The position numbers and the translations under genes were made by a program. The notes beneath the pieces were generated by a model. That model was not told where the DNA came from. It worked only from the letters and a program-made list of their open reading frames with translations, and did not search any database. From Vulcanimicrobiota bacterium (lineage in GTDB: Bacteria > Vulcanimicrobiota > Vulcanimicrobiia > Vulcanimicrobiales > Vulcanimicrobiaceae), in the NCBI GenBank assembly GCA_963733295.1, contig CAVTCS010000003.1:992001-1056000 (forward strand): a stretch of DNA of 64,000 bases. Direction: 5' to 3'. Position 1 is the first letter of the stretch. Each line of letters opens with the position of its first letter. Below are positions 62,939 to 64,000 of the stretch, piece after piece.

Positions 62939-62968
62939 AAAGAGCCTGCCCTACGGCAGGCTCTTTTC
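62939..62968 (+). terminator. Rho-independent terminator after ftsZ
   Basis: AAAGAGCCTGCC-CTAC-GGCAGGCTCTTTT. Confidence 0.85.
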
Positions 62969-63033
62969 GCTTGGCTACTCCCTAGGAAGGCTCTCACAAC
63001 CCCAGCCATGCCATCCGATAGAATACTATCCAT

Positions 63034-63393
63034 ATGAAGTATGCGAAGTTTGCGGGCATCGACGACGCCCAGCAGGCGGTCTTTTTTGCGCTTCCCTTCG
63101 CATGTCTTTTCACAACCCTCGCACTCGTAGGCGCGGCTTTCGTCTTTTGCGCCGAGCGGCTTGGAAGTGCGTCGATCGATATGGTCCTGATGGTCGGCGG
63201 CGCGCGGGCCTCGCTGGCGGTCTTAGCCGTCGTCGTCTTCGCGGTTGCCTGCGGCCTGCTATTGATGGCAAACCGCTCGGCCGTGATTCGCGTTGCGCTG
63301 ATTTTGCTCGCGTTCTTACCGACGGCGCCGCTGCTCGGTGCGCTGTTCATCATGCGGACCAGCGGCTACGCCTACCACTTCTGCGGAATCTAG
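63034..63393 (+). CDS. Small hypothetical membrane protein
   Basis: 119-aa ORF with about three hydrophobic segments. Confidence 0.55.
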   Translation: MKYAKFAGIDDAQQAVFFALPFACLFTTLALVGAAFVFCAERLGSASIDMVLMVGGARASLAVLAVVVFAVACGLLLMANRSAVIRVALILLAFLPTAPLLGALFIMRTSGYAYHFCGI

Positions 63394-63465
63394 AACTCTA
63401 ACCAGCAGCCCCAAGCCGCGCTCGGCGCGGGAATGGGCCGTCCGGAGATGCGCGAAAAGAGCCGC

Positions 63466-64000
63466 ATGACGACTTCAACGCGAGTCCTCGGCGAGGTCTC
63501 CGCTCGCGCGATCGAGATCCGGCGCGACATCCATCGTTTCCCCGAGCTTGGCTTCGAAGAGGAACGCACGGCGCAGATCGTCGAGCGCGAGTTGAGCGAG
63601 CTCGGCATCGAGCACCGCCGGATCGCCCAGACCGGCGTCGTCGGCGTGATCCGCGCGCCTTCGGAAGGTCCCGTCGCCGGGTTGCGGGCCGATATGGATG
63701 CGTTGCCTCTGACCGAGCGTTCCGGCGAACCGTTCGCATCGGAAGTCGAGGGCAAGATGCACGCGTGCGGACACGACGCGCACACCGCCATGCTGCTCGG
63801 CGCGGCGCGCGTCCTGCAAGCGGAACGAGCCACGCTGGGCGGAAGCGTCACGCTGCTGTTCCAGCCCGCGGAAGAAGGCCCCGGCGGTGCTCTGCCGATG
63901 ATCGAAGCCGGTGCGATGGACGATCCGAAGATCGATGCGGTTGCAATGTTACACGTCGACTCGCGTCTCGACACCGGAACGATCGGCGTAATGGGTGGTG
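63466..64000 (+). CDS. M20-family amidohydrolase, N-terminal part; runs off the window edge
   Basis: Own translation: RRDIHRFPELGFEEERT, GLRADMDALP, MHACGHDAH, LFQPAEEGPGGA. Confidence 0.9.
   Translation, partial: MTTSTRVLGEVSARAIEIRRDIHRFPELGFEEERTAQIVERELSELGIEHRRIAQTGVVGVIRAPSEGPVAGLRADMDALPLTERSGEPFASEVEGKMHACGHDAHTAMLLGAARVLQAERATLGGSVTLLFQPAEEGPGGALPMIEAGAMDDPKIDAVAMLHVDSRLDTGTIGVMGG

Overview
GC-rich bacterial chromosomal window. The gene content and rRNA style suggest a diderm Terrabacteria lineage such as Eremiobacterota/Vulcanimicrobiota; this is an inference, not a search result. Main contents: (i) catabolic and regulatory genes (sulfurtransferase, PaiB-like, lhgO, P5C dehydrogenase, MalT-like LuxR regulator, DUF2339); (ii) one tRNA-less 16S-23S-5S operon whose 23S gene carries two ORF-less group I introns, one at the known site L1931 and one at an unusual site after U2473 in helix 89; (iii) a 14-kb co-oriented, mostly translationally coupled type IV filament operon headed by its own SigB/F/G-type sigma factor and a VirB1-like transglycosylase and ending in a degenerate second PilT and a diguanylate cyclase, facing a divergent two-component system whose soluble kinase begins with a degenerate GGDEF-like RxxD region; (iv) acyl-CoA/redox genes, pckA, an orphan VirD4/TraD-like ATPase and a type E-like succinate dehydrogenase (sdhA-sdhB-CCG subunit); (v) dnaE-hisZGD-HAD-ftsQ and ftsA-ftsZ, with tandem NrdR-like boxes in front of ftsA. 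dnaE and an Ldh_2 gene each carry a single-base frameshift, probably sequencing errors. Three genes may use non-canonical (CTG/ATC) starts. All family calls come from motif recognition by eye.
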